Below, in pieces: positions 38,101 through 50,432 of a stretch of DNA of 64,000 nt. Source of the DNA: Pristiophorus japonicus. Lineage: Eukaryota. Each line of letters starts with the position of its first letter. Positions within the stretch are counted from its first letter, which is position 1. The stretch lies in NCBI RefSeq assembly GCF_044704955.1, contig NC_091990.1, positions 187,302,001-187,366,000 of the forward strand, given 5' to 3'. The position numbers and the translations under genes are program-made. The notes under the pieces were generated by a model. That model ran no database searches. It was not told the origin of the DNA and saw only the letters and a list, made by a program, of their open reading frames with translations.

Positions 38101-38395
38101 TGTTATGTCTTTAGATGCTCTGATAATGACACCATGAGACAATGTATTGTACTTGAACTGTAGTGACCTTAGTCCATTTAATGTAACTCCAGAGTGAGTA
38201 TCACACATGGTGGCCTGCCTTTTATACTCGGCCTGGCACACCTATACAGGTAACCTACAAGTCTCCCACTGCAGTGCCCTCTGGTGGCAGACCTTAGTGA
38301 CCATACAGCTGGTGTACAAGTCTTCCATAGTAGTGCCATCTGGTGGCACATCATATGTAATAGTACAAGCAGTAAACATGTTTGGATACATGACA
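38101..38395 (-). mobile_element. Solo LTR, short family, copy 2
   Basis: TGTTATG...CATGACA termini, perfect 5-bp TSD CTTTC (38096-100, 38396-400). Confidence 0.88.
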
Positions 38396-39242
38396 CTTTC
38401 AAAGCACAGAAGCAGTTCTTACTCCATTTGGAACACAGATTGAGCTTTATGTAGGCTGCAAGTGTTTGAGCAAACTCTCCATCCAGTGTCACTTCATTGG
38501 AACACCCTCTCTCACCATTGACAGATTACTTCTGTCATCTCAACGTCACCTGCCATCTATTCATCATGGGTGCTGTTTATACTGTCTCACCTTGGTCCTC
38601 AGAATCTGACCACAATCAGCCCCAACACCAGCAGCACCAGGCACACCAACCGCAACAACACCACCAACCTTCTCCATAATCACCTGATGCTGCACAGGAC
38701 ACTGGGCATCAGCACCCGAGCACATTGTTGTCAGGGAGGCCAGGGATGGCCTCACCATGGCCAGATTTACTTCACTTGACACTATACATCTTGGCTGCCT
38801 CATGATGCACCAGGTTGGCACCACCCCACACCAACAACCTAAAGCATTCCTATAATGCCCAAGCCATTCCTTTCACACTCATCACCATTGCGGGGGCACC
38901 GTTATGTCTCACCATTCACTGCAACCCACTAAGACACTTCCAAAGGTGCACCCAAATTTGTCCAAGAGTGCAAAATGTTGAAAATACAGGTTTCAATGCT
39001 TGACAGCACATTAACAGAAATTTTACATAAACATTGGATAAAACATCCAAGTGCTATCCTTGTGTGTTGTTAGTTGGTATGATTGCACTAGGATGAGGGT
39101 GAGTGTGAGAAGTGGTGAATGAGATTGGGATGTGATAATGTAGATAGAGAGAAGGATGGGTGGAGGTGCAAGGTAAGTTGGTGTGAGTAAGAATGTGCAG
39201 GAGTAGGATTGGGAAGGCAGAGTGATGGGGATATGAGATAAT

Positions 39243-42200
39243 TAATGGGTAGGACCTCAAAGGTAGCAATCTCCGGGTTACTACCGGTGCAGCATGCTAA
39301 TGAATACAAGAATAGAAGGATAGAGAGGATGAACGCGTGGCTGGAGAGTTGGTGTAGGAGGGAGGGCTTTAAATTCTTGAGGCATTGGGACCGCTTCTGG
39401 GGGAGATGGGACCTGTACAAACTGGATGGGTTGCACCACAATAGCACCCGGACCAATATCTTCGCGCGGAGTTTTGCTAGTGCTGTTAGGGAGAGTTTAA
39501 GCTAGCTTGGCAGGGGGATGGGAACCTGAGAACAAATTCAAAAGGGAAGGAAGTAAAGCAGAAATTGAATAGCAAGAATTTAGAAAGCAAATCTGTAAGA
39601 CAGAGGAAATAAGGATTAGTAAGTAGTAATCAAGGAGGTCTTCAGTGCTGAATGGTATATACTTTAATGCAACGAGTATAGCGAATAAGGTGGATGAGCT
39701 AAGAGCACAAGTAGACACTTGGGAATATGACATTATAGCCATTACAGAGACATGGCTGAAAGAGGGGCAGGTTTGACAGATCAATATTCCTGTTGGGGGT
39801 AATATATTAGCATGGATAGAGGATTGGCTAACTAACAGAGAACAGAGAGTCGGGATAAATGGTCCATTCTCTGGTTGGCAAAAAGTAACAGTAACACTGG
39901 GGTGCCGTAGGGATCAGTGCTGGGACCCCAACTATTTACAATCTATATTAACGACTTGGAAGAAGGGACTGAGTGTAACGTAGCCAAGTTTGCTGACGAT
40001 ACAAAGGTGGGGGGAAAAGCAATGTGTGAGGAGGATACAGAAAATCTGCAAAAGGACAGAGACTTTCCCTTCATAAATCCATGCTGACTCTGCCTGACCG
40101 AATTTTGATTTTCCAAATGTCCTGCCACTGCTTCTTTAATAAAGGACACCAACATTTTCCCAGTGAGTGGGCAAAAATTTGGCAGATGGAGTATAATGTT
40201 GGAAAGTGTGAGGTCATGCACTTTGGCAGAAAAAAATCAAAGAGCAAGTTATTATTTAAATGGAGAAAGATTGCAAAGTGCCGCAGTACAGCGGGACCTG
40301 GGGGTACTTGTGCATGAAACACAAAAGGACAGTATGCAAGTGATCAGGAAGGCCAATAGTATATTGGCCTTTATTGCAAAGGGGGTGGAGTATAAAAGCA
40401 GGGAAGTATTGCTTCAGCTACACAAGGTTTTGGTGAGGCCACACCTGGAATACTGCGTGCAGTTTTGTTTTCCATATTTACGAAAGGATATACTTGCTTT
40501 GGAGGCAGTTCAGAGAAGGTTCACTAGATTGATTCCGGGGATGAGAGGGTTGACTTATGAGGAAAGGTTGAGTAGGTTGGGCCTCTCCTCATTGGATTTC
40601 AGAAGAATGAGAGGTGATCTTATCGAAATGTATAAAATTATGACGGGGCTTGACAAGATGGATGCAGAGAAGATGTTTCCACTGATGGGGGAAGACTAAA
40701 ACTAGAGGGCATGATCTTCGAATAAGGGGCCGCCCATTTAAAGCAGAGATGTGGAGAAATTTCTTCTCTCAGAGGTTTGTAAATCTGTGGAATTCGCTGC
40801 CTCAGAGAGCTGTGGAAGCTGGGACATTGAATAAATTTAAGACAGAAATAGACAGTTTCTTAAACGATAAGGGTATAACGGGTTGTGGGAAGCGGGCGGG
40901 GAAGTGGAGCTGAGTCCATGATCAGTTCAGCCATGATCTTATTTAATGGCGGAGCAGACTCGAGGGGCCATATGGCCTACTCCTGTTCCTATTTCTTATG
41001 TTCTTATGTTCTTATAAACAAAAAAAGGGAAGCTTATGTCATATAATGGTGGCTAAATACTGTAGAATCTTTGGCGGAATATAGAAAGTTAAGAGGTAAA
41101 ATTAAAACAATATTAGAAATGCTAAGAGAGAACATGAAAAATTCTTGGCTAGTAAAATCAAGGAAAACCCAAGGATGTTCTATAAATATATTAGGAGCAA
41201 GAGAATAACTAAAGAAAGGGTAGGGCCTATCAGAGACCATGAGGGTAATCTTTGTGTGGAGGTGGAAGATGTTGGTATGGTTCTTAATAAATACTTTGCG
41301 TCTGTTTTCACAAAGGAAAGGGGCAATGCAGATACTGCTATCAAGGAGGTAATAACCATAGTGCGAGAGGAGGTATTAAGGGGTTTTGCAGCTTTGAAAG
41401 TAGATAAGTCCCCAGGCCTAGATGAAATGCATCCCAGGCTGTTGAATGAAGTAAAAGCAGAAATAGCCTTGACCATCATTTTCCCATCCCCTTTCGATCT
41501 GGGCATGGTGCCGGAGGACTGGAGGACTGCCAATGTGGTACTCTTGTTTAAGAAGTGAGAAAGGGATAGACCGAGTAATTACCGCCCTGTCAGCCTAACC
41601 TCGGTGGTGGGAAAATTATTGGAAAAAATCCTGAAAGACAGGATAAATCTGCATTTGGAAAGGCAAGGATTCATTAGGAACAGTCATCATAGATTTGTTA
41701 AGGGAAGGTTGTGTTTGACTAACCTGATTGAATTTTTTAAGGAGGTAACGAAAAGGGTCGATGAGGGTAGTGCGTACGATGTAGTATATATGGACTTTAG
41801 CAAGGCTTTTGATAAGGTCCCACATGGTAGACTGGTCATGAAGGTTAAAGCCCATGGGATACAGGGCAAAGTGGCAAGTTGGATCCAAAATTGGCTTGGA
41901 TGTAGGAAGCAAAGAGTAATGATTGATGAATGTTTTTGTTACTGGAAAGATGTTTCCAGTGGGGTTCCGCAGGGCTCAGTACTGGGCCCCTTGCTTTTTG
42001 TGGCATACACCAATGATCTAGATTTGAATATAGGAAGTATGATTAAGAAGTTTGCAGATGACACTAAAATTGGCTGTGTGGATGATAATGAGGAGGATAT
42101 CAATCTACTGGTCAGGTGGGCTGAGCAGTGGCAAATGGAATTTAATTCAGAGAAGTGTGAGGTGAAGCACTTTGGGAGGGCTAATAAGGAAAGGGTATAC

Positions 42201-43280
42201 ACATTAAGCTTTAGGCTACTTAAAAGTGTAGATGAACAAAGGGACCTTGGAGTGCTTGTCCACAGATCCCTGAAAGTAGCAGGCCAAGTGGATAAAGTGG
42301 TTAAGAAGGCTTACAGAATCCTTGCCTAATTGGCCAAGGCATAGAATACAAGAGCAGGGAGGTTATGCTTAAATTATGTAATACTTTGGTTAGGTCACAA
42401 CTGGAGTACTGCGTGCAGTTCTGGACACCGTATTATAGGAAGGACGTGATTGCACTAGAGAGGGTGCAGAGGAGATTTACGAGGATGCTGCCTGGAATGG
42501 AAAGTCTTAGTGATGAGGACAGATTAGATAGGCTGGGTTTGTTCTCATTGGAACAGAGGAGGCTGAGAGGAGACCTTATTGAGGTGTACAAAATTTTGAG
42601 GGCCTGGATGTAGTGGATAGCAAGGGCCTATTTCCAGTAGTGGATGGGTCAATTACGAGGGGGTATTGTTTTAAGGTAGTTGGTGGAAGTTTCAGAGGGG
42701 ATTTAACGGGAGGCTTCTTCACACAGAGGGTTGTGGGAGTCTGCAACTCACTGCCTGGAAGGGTGGTAGAGGCAGAAACCACATTTAAAAGATGGTTAGG
42801 TGGGCACTTGCAGTGCCTTGACCTGCAGGGTTACAGACCTAGAGCTGGTAAGTGGGATTACACTGGATAACCTCTTGTTGGCTGGCACAGATACGATGGA
42901 AAGTACTGCAGCGAATCGAATACGGTCAATGTGATCTCCTAGACTAATTTTGATCACCTGGATGGGTCGGAGAGGAAATTTCCCAGATTTTTTTTTCCCC
43001 AATTGGCCTGTGTTTTTATCTGGTTTCTGCATCTCCCAGAAGATCGCATGGCTCCGGTTGGGGTGGTGTGTAGAATGTTTCGATGCAAGGGGTATCACAG
43101 TTGTGTGGGACAGATTGGTTGGGCCGGTTGCTCTTTACCTTTCTGCCATTGTTCATTGTTCATAGGTTTGTATGTAAGCTTCAGACCTGCTGACCAAGGG
43201 TCGTGCGGCTCTTTGTTGGCCAACGCGTACACGATGGGCCAAAATGGCCTCCTTCTGCACTGTAGATTTCTATGTTTTTA
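39243..43280 (+). mobile_element. Long CR1 copy: ORF1 SGNH-esterase end, ORF2 start, RT and long 3' UTR
   Basis: ISGLLP...WCRREGF...DGLH (39245-39505); YFNA.SI.NK.DEL...AITETWL (about 39650-39780); RT ORFs 41145-42870. Confidence 0.88.
39792..41015 (+). mobile_element. CR1 3' portion, (TTCTTATG)n subfamily, nested in the longer CR1
   Basis: RT C-terminal ORF 40163-40699 and tail ttcttatgttcttatgttcttat. Confidence 0.88.
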
Positions 43281-43324
43281 TGATAGGCACAGCAGCATGA
43301 AGGTGAGTGTAGCTTTGTACTCAC

Positions 43325-43560
43325 GTTTCCTGATGTAATGAGATGATTGAAAGCTTTGTGCTATTGAACCCAGGTCCTTCTGATAACATCCCTGCTTGTG
43401 ACCTCCTCTGCAATGTGCAACCAGGCTGTCTTGGTCTCCTGGGGAGGTCTCTTATGCCCATCGGAAGGGACAAGGACCTCCCTGCATGCTCTAACGCCCT
43501 CCATAAGCATATGGAGGGTGTCATGGAACCTGGGTGCAGCCCTGCACCTCTGTGTAGTGA
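43325..43560 (-). pseudogene. Myb/SANT-like DNA-binding domain remnant (Harbinger second ORF)
   Basis: AAPRF...LMEGVRACREVL.PSDG.KRP...TKTAWL.IAEEV.SR....RTWVQ followed by a stop. Confidence 0.7.
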
Positions 43561-44468
43561 TTGTCAGTGTGTGCAGCACCTCAATGCTGTAGAACACTGA
43601 CAGCACAAATGTAAAAAGTAATGTGGTCATGGTACCTTTAAGGAAACTGGCTCAAGATGCATCATGAATGATATCACCAGCCCCGCTCCATCTAATTGGG
43701 CCGGGAACTGCTCTGGGTGGGCTTATCAAGCCCCATTGAGGTAAGTTCATGTTAGGCAGCGGGATGGAGCCAGCAGCGGGCAGCGGCCCACCACTTACAC
43801 CAGCTGCACCAGACCCGCAGAGGTAAGCAAAATCTCAGCCTATATCTCTAATCTCCTCCAGCTCCACAATGCCCCAAAATATCTGCGCTCCTCTAATTCT
43901 GACCTCTTGATCATCCCTGATTTTAATTGTTCCACTATTGGACGCCATGCTTTCAGCTGCCAAGGCCCTAAGCTCTGTAATTCCCTCCATAAACCTCTCT
44001 ACCTCTCTTTCCTCCTTTAAGATGCTCCTTAAAACCCACCTCTTTGACCAAGCCTTTGGTCACCTGCCCTAATATCTCCTTATGTGGCTCCATATATTTT
44101 GATTTTGAATGCTCCTGTGAGGTTTTACTACATTATCATCATCTCTTAAAGGCGCTATATAAATACAAAGTGTTGTTGTTGTTGCAGTGTTCATCACATT
44201 GGCAGCTAATAAATGCTTCTGCCCCATTAGCTCTTACTATCAGGCGCTTAAGAGGTCCGACTCTTTATAACCCAGGTCCCATGCATTTCCCAAATAAATA
44301 TATTTTGTAACTTATTTTCTGTTCAAATTAATTCACACATTTTCAATTGATCATGGGACAGTGGATCCATGGAGATTTTGGATGATATAATGTCAGCTGC
44401 CGGGAATTCTCTCCAATTCCAGGGTATCCATTTTTCCGTTGCCACTGAGTTCGCAGTCATGTAACTCT

Positions 44469-45720
44469 CATCATCATCATCATCATAGGCAGTCCCTCGG
44501 GGTCGAGGATAACTTGCTTCCACACAAAGAATGAGTTCTGAGGTGACTGAAGAGTCTGATGTGGAACCTACAGTCTCTATCACAGGTGGGGCAGACGGTG
44601 GTTGAAGGAACGGGTGGGTCGGGGGTCCCGGTTGCCGCATGCTTCTTCTGCTGTTTGCGCTTGGCTTCAGTTTGCTCTTTGCGAAGAGACACGAGGCATT
44701 TATCGCCTTCCCGGATGCTTTTCCTCCACTTTGGGCCAGGGATTCCCAGGTGTCGGTGGGGATGTTACATTTTTTTAAGGAGGCTTTGAAGGTGTCCTTG
44801 AAGCGTTTCCTCTGCCCACCTGGGGCTCGCTTGTCGTGTCGGAGCTCCGAGTAGAGCGCTTGTTTTGAGAGTCTTGTGTCAGGCATGCGGATGATGTGGC
44901 CCGTCCAGCTGAGCTGATCGAGCGTGGTCAGTGCTTCGATGCTGGAGATATTGGCCTGAGTAAGGACACTGATGTTGGTGTGCCTGTCCTGCCAATGGAT
45001 TTGCAGAGGCAGCGTTCGGGTACTTCTCCAGTGTTTTGAGGTGCCTGCTGAACATAGTTCATTTCTCAGCCATATAGAAGGACGGGTATCATCACTGCTC
45101 TGCAGACCACGAGCTTGGTGCCGGGTTTGAGGTCCTGGTCGTCAAACACTCTCTTTCTCAGGCGACCGAAGGCTGCACTGGCACACTGAAGGCAGTGTTG
45201 GACCTTGTCATCGATGTCTGCCCTTGCTGACAGTAGGCTCCCGAGGTATGGAAAATGGTCCACGTTGTCCAAGGCCTCGTCATGGATTTTGATAATCGGA
45301 GGGGGGGTGGGGGGGGTGGATAGTGCTGTGTGGCGGGGGCAGGTTGGTAGAGCACCTTTGTCTTATGGATGTTTAGTGTAAGGCACATGCTCTCGTTCGC
45401 CTCAGTGAAGGTGTTGCCGATGGCTTGGAGTTTGGCCTCCGAGTGAGTAGGCATTGTCTGAGTACTGTAGTTCGATGACGGAGGATGGGACGACCTTGGA
45501 TCTGGCCTGGAGGTGGCGGCGGTTGAACAGTTTCCCGTTTGTCTTGTAATTTAGCTCCACTCCAGCGAGGAGCTTGCTGAGGGTGAGATGGAGTATTGCA
45601 ACAAGGAAGACTGAGAAGAGCATTGATGCGATGACACAGCCCTGCTTGACCCTGGTCCGGACATGGAATGGGTCTGTGTGGATCCGCTGATCAGGATCAC
45701 AGCCTGCATGTCATTGTGGA
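44469..45720 (-). mobile_element. RTE-clade LINE 3' portion
   Basis: (CAT)n tail; VKQGCVIA, VDHFPYLGS and MPDTRL.KQALYSEL motifs. Confidence 0.9.
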
Positions 45721-46779
45721 GCACATGTTCTACCTTGTATAGTGAGCACAGACTCTTGCCTTTCAGAACTCAGAGAGCTTTTTCCAGTGACATTATGAAT
45801 TGTTTAATACATTTGAGACAATTTAAAATGCATACAATAATAAGCCCCTCCATTCAAATACATTCTCAGATCTCTGTAGAGAATAAGGTGCAGTTATACA
45901 GTTGATATAAAGTTGCAAAAGTGAAGTATAACTGGAGTCAGATTCCGAGATGACAGCGGAATGCAGTGATACGAGTCCCTCAGGGAAATCGTCTCACCTC
46001 CCCGCACCCCTCCCTTTGGTTTGACATCGCATTGAGTATAACTCCTGTGTGGTATCAAACCAGATTTTAAAAGTGTTCATGGGGCTCATTGGACCTCCAG
46101 TGTACTTTACCAAAGCAAGATTCCTAAAATTGTTTTGACAAAGCAGGCACAATATCCGCACTCTAAAAAACACTTCAAATTTACCAGTGGGGAGTGGATT
46201 TCTCTCCTTCTGAGGAGGCGAGCGGGATTCCAACCAGGCAGTACAAACTAAATACACCCAAATGTGAATCAGTTCTGTGGTTACCAGTACAACCCTAGCC
46301 TAAAAATACTATTGGGGCTTTTCCCTTTAAGCAACAGATAATTTCTACAATTGAATATGCAATGACAGATCACACTTGCTGTGATGGTGATTGCAGCTCT
46401 GTGGACTTGGAGTGGTCAGGATCACGGCAACAGTTTCATAGAATCCTAGAATTTTATAATCTAGAAGGATGTCATTCGTCCCATCGTCCTCATACACTGT
46501 TTAAAAAATTCAAATATTTATCCACACCCCTTTCAAAAGTTATTATGAATTGTGTTTGACATAAGTTTCTGGTAGAGTATTCCATATCCTGACAACATTC
46601 TGCCGTAAAAAATATCTAAACCTCTCCCTTCATTCTTTGGGTGAGAATCTTAAATTTTTATCCTGTAGTTACTGTTTCACGACCAGTGGAAATAATGTTT
46701 CCCTTATCAAAGCCTCTATCAGATCTCTGAACCTTCTCTGATGCAGTGAAAAGTTTTACTAGCCTTTCATCCCTGACCT

Positions 46780-47013
46780 TGTCATGTATCCTACATGGTT
46801 ACTGCTTGTACTATTACAAGGTGTGCCACCAGAGGGCACCACAGTGGGAGGCTTGCAGGTTACATGTAAAGGTGTGCCTGGCCTAGTATAAAAAGCAGGC
46901 CACCATGTGTGATCCTCACTCTGGAATTATCAAATAAAGGACTAAGGTCACTACAGATCAAGTACAACACATTGCCTCGTGGAGTCATTATTAGAGCATC
47001 TAAAGACATAACA
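46780..47013 (+). mobile_element. Solo LTR, short family, copy 3 (234 bp)
   Basis: TGTCATG...CATAACA termini; TSD GACCT/GACTT; TATAAAA about 46887, AATAAA about 46933. Confidence 0.85.
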
Positions 47014-47029
47014 GACTTCACCCTAATAA

Positions 47030-48660
47030 ATCTCGATCAGGAAATATGAGGAAGGAAAGAAAGGAGATGGGGTAGCAGAATTGATTAAGGAAATATTACA
47101 ATTCTAGAGAGAGGATGTCCTGGAGGGGTCAAGGATAGAATCTATCTGGTTAGCTTCTGGGTGTATTCTATAGGGCACCAAATAGTGGGAAGGATATAGA
47201 GGAGCAAATTTGCAGGGAAATTACAAAGAAGTGCAAGAACTACAGAGTAGCGATAACGGAGAATTTCAATTATCCTACTATAGACTGAGATAGGAACAGT
47301 GTAAAGGGCTGAGCGAGGGAAGAATTTCTGAAGTGTGTTCAGGAGAACTTTCTTGATCCTTGCTCCTGGCCCAATGAGGAAGGGGGCATTGTTGGATCTG
47401 GTTCTGGGGAATGAGATGTCAAGTGGAGCGCGTGTTGGTAGGAGAATATTTAGTGAACAATGATCATAGTTAACATCATCATCATCATAGGCAGCCCCTT
47501 GGAATCGAGGAAGACTTGCTTCCACTCTTAACATGAATCCTTAGGTGGCAGTACAGTCCAATAAGAGAGCCACAGTCCCTGTCACAGGTGGGACAGATAG
47601 TCGTTGAGGGAAGGATTGGGTGGGACTGGTTTGCCGCATGCTCTTTCCGCTGCCTGTGCTTGATTTCTGCATGCTCTCGGCGATGAGACTCGAGTTGTTC
47701 AGCGCCCTCCCGAATGCACTTCCTCTACTTAGGGCGGTCTTTGGTCAGGGACTCCCAGGTGATGGTGGGGATGTTGCACTTTATCAGCGAGGCTTTGAGG
47801 GTGTCCTTGTACCGTTTCCTCTGCCCACCTTTGGCTCGTTTGCCGTGAAGGAGTTCCGAGTAGAGCGCTTTCTTTGGGAGTCTCGTGTCTGGCATGCGGA
47901 CAATGTGGTCTGCCCAGCGGAGCTGATCAAGTGTGGTCAGTGCTTCAATGCTGGGGATGTTGGCCTGGTCGAGGACGCTAATGTTGGTGTGTCTGTCCTC
48001 CCAGGGGATTTGTAGGATCTTGCGGAGACATCATTGGTGGTATTTCTCCAGTGACTTGAGGTGTCTACTGAAGATGGTCCATTTCTCTGAGCCATACAGG
48101 AGAGCGGGTATTACTACAGCCCTGTAGACCATGGGCTCGGGAGCCTCTTATCAACAAGAGCAGACATTGATGACGAGATTCAACACCGCCTCCAGTGCGC
48201 CAGTGCAGCCTTTGGCCGCCTGAGGAAAAGAGTGTTCGAAGACCAGGCCCTCAATTCTACCACCAAGCTCATGGTCATAGTACCATAAGGTTTTGATTAG
48301 CTATGGAAAAGGATAAGGAGCAATCTAGAGTAAAAATATTTAATTGAAGGAAGGTCAATTTCAGTGAGATGAGAATGGATCTGTCCCGGGTAAACTGGAA
48401 TTAAAGATTGGCAGGCAAAACTGTAATTGAACAATGGGCTGCCTTTAAAGAGCACAGTTGAGGTACATTCCCACAAGGGGGAAAGGTAGGGCAACCAAAG
48501 CCATGTACCCTGGATGACGAAAAAGATAGAGAGTAACATGAAGCAGAAAATGGACCGTATGACAAATGTCAGGTTGAGAGTATGAGAATGGGTTGGCAGC
48601 TAACATAAAAATTACTCCAAAAGTCTTCTATAGGCACATAAATAATAAATGAGTATAAAG
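47030..48660 (+). mobile_element. Decayed CR1 endonuclease/tether fragment split by an RTE
   Basis: tgatcatagt | tcatagtaccataagg rejoin of the SDH-motif region across the RTE. Confidence 0.65.
47471..48276 (-). mobile_element. RTE LINE with inverted 5' segment (about 48135-48276 in + orientation)
   Basis: (CAT)n tail at left, TSD TCATAGT (47464-70, 48275-81), orientation switch at about 48134. Confidence 0.85.
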
Positions 48661-49359
48661 AGGAATGTTGGCCTTTATTGCAAAGGGGATAGAGTATAAA
48701 AGCAGAGAAGTCCTGCTACAACTGTACAGGGTATTGGTGAGGCCACATTTAGAGCACTGCATGCAGTTTTAGTCTCCATATTTAAGGAAGGATATACTTG
48801 CATTGGAGGCTGTTCAGAGAAGGTTCACTAGGTTGATTCCGGAGATGAGGGGGTTGACTTATGAAGATAGGTTGAGTAGGTTGGGCCTATAGTCATTGGA
48901 GTTCAGAAGAATGAGAGGTGATCTTATCGAAACATATAAGATAATGAGGGGGCTTGACAAGGTAGATGCAGAGAGGATATTTCCACTCATAGGTGAAACT
49001 AAAACTAGGGGACATAGGGCCCAAGTTTCGGGCTGCGCCTAAAATGGCGCAGCCCGGACCTGGACGCCCGTTTTTCGCGCCACAAAGTCCACCTAAAAAA
49101 AACTTACCTATTCTCCGCCTCCCTGCAGGTCCTCTGGCCCTCGGCGCAGCCCAGCGCGAGCTGTAGGGGACGGAGCCAGGTCCCTGCGCTGAAAACAGTG
49201 CCGGGACCTCTACACATGCACGCTACAGTGGGCACACATGTGCAGTAGCTCCAGGCGCCCAAAACTGTGGGAGGGGCCCGAAGCACACAGCCCCTAGCCC
49301 TGGCCCAATGGCCTCACTGGGGCTGCGTGGATAAGGCTCCTCCCACCTGACCGGACCTG

Positions 49360-50432
49360 ACCCGACCTCCGCGCCCCCTCCCCCCCCACGAATCTCTCTC
49401 TTCACCCCCCCCCCCGCGACTCTCCCACCCCCCCCCGACCTCCGCGACTCTCCCACCCCCCCCCCCCCGACCTCCGCGACTCTTCCACCCCGACCTCCGC
49501 GACTCCCCCCCAGGACCTCCGTGACTCCCCCCCCCCCGGACCTCCGCGACTCTCCCCCCCCCCCCCCCGGACCTCTCCGACCCCCCCCCCCACCCGAGAC
49601 CCGATGCCACCTACCTGTAAATCCAGCCCGAAGTCTTGGGCCCGGCCATTCAGCCTCCTTCTCTCCCTTCCTTCCCTCCCTCCCTCCCTCCATCCTCTCT
49701 CGCTTCTCCCCCTCTCCCCCCCTCTTCTCCCCTTCTCCCACTCCCTCCCCCCCCCCACTCCCCCTTCTCCCGGCCGTTCAGCCTCCTTCTCTCCCTTCTC
49801 TCCCTTTCTTCCCTCCCTCCCCCTCTCCCTCCATCCTCTCTCCCTTCTCCCCCCCTCCCCACCTTCTCCCCTTCTCCCCCTCTCACCCCCCCTCCCCCCT
49901 TCTCCTCCTCCCCCCCTTTTCCTCCTCTTCNNNNNNNNNNNNNNNNNNNNNNNNNNNNNNNNNNNNNNNNNNNNNNNNNNNNNNNNNNNNNNNNNNNNNN
50001 NNNNNNNNNNNNNNNNNNNNNNNNNNNNNNNNNNNNNNNNNNNNNNNNNNNNNNNNNNNNNNTCCGCCTCCCCCTCCTCTCCCCCCTTCTCCTCCTCTCC
50101 CCCCTTCTCCTCCTCTCCCCCTTCTTCTCCCCCCTTCTCCTCCTCCCCACTCCCCATCTCCCCCCCATCCCCCATCTCCTCCTCTCCCCCCACCTCCCTT
50201 CTCCCCCCCACCCCATCCTCCTCCCCCCACCCCCCTCCTCCTCCCCCCCACCTCCCCACCCACCCCTCCTCCTCCCCTCACCCCCTCCTCCTCCCAACCC
50301 TCCTCCTCCCCACCCCACCCCCCTCCTCCTCCCCCCCCACCCCCCTCACCTCCCCCCCACCCCCTCTCCCCCTCCCCCTTCTCCCCCTCCCACCCCCCTC
50401 CTCCCCCTCCCACCCCCCTCCTCCCCCTCCCC
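49360..50432 (+). repeat. C-rich minisatellite (gacctccgcgactc-Cn) and polypyrimidine tract
   Basis: Directly visible low-complexity sequence. Confidence 0.9.
49931..50062. other. Assembly gap (132 N)
   Basis: Run of n characters. Confidence 1.

Larger units (their letters stand above)
37604..43840. mobile_element. Decayed PIF/Harbinger-like DNA transposon hosting nested retroelements
   Basis: Imperfect TIRs GACTGGAATTTT / AAAATCTCAGCC; 3-bp flanks TAC/TAT; Myb/SANT-like remnant near the right end. Confidence 0.6.
37360..44185 (+). mobile_element. L2 3' fragment split into 37360-37603 and 43841-44185
   Basis: FKSLHGLALP at left continues as atctctaatctcctccagc at right, then the L2 tail. 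Confidence 0.7.
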
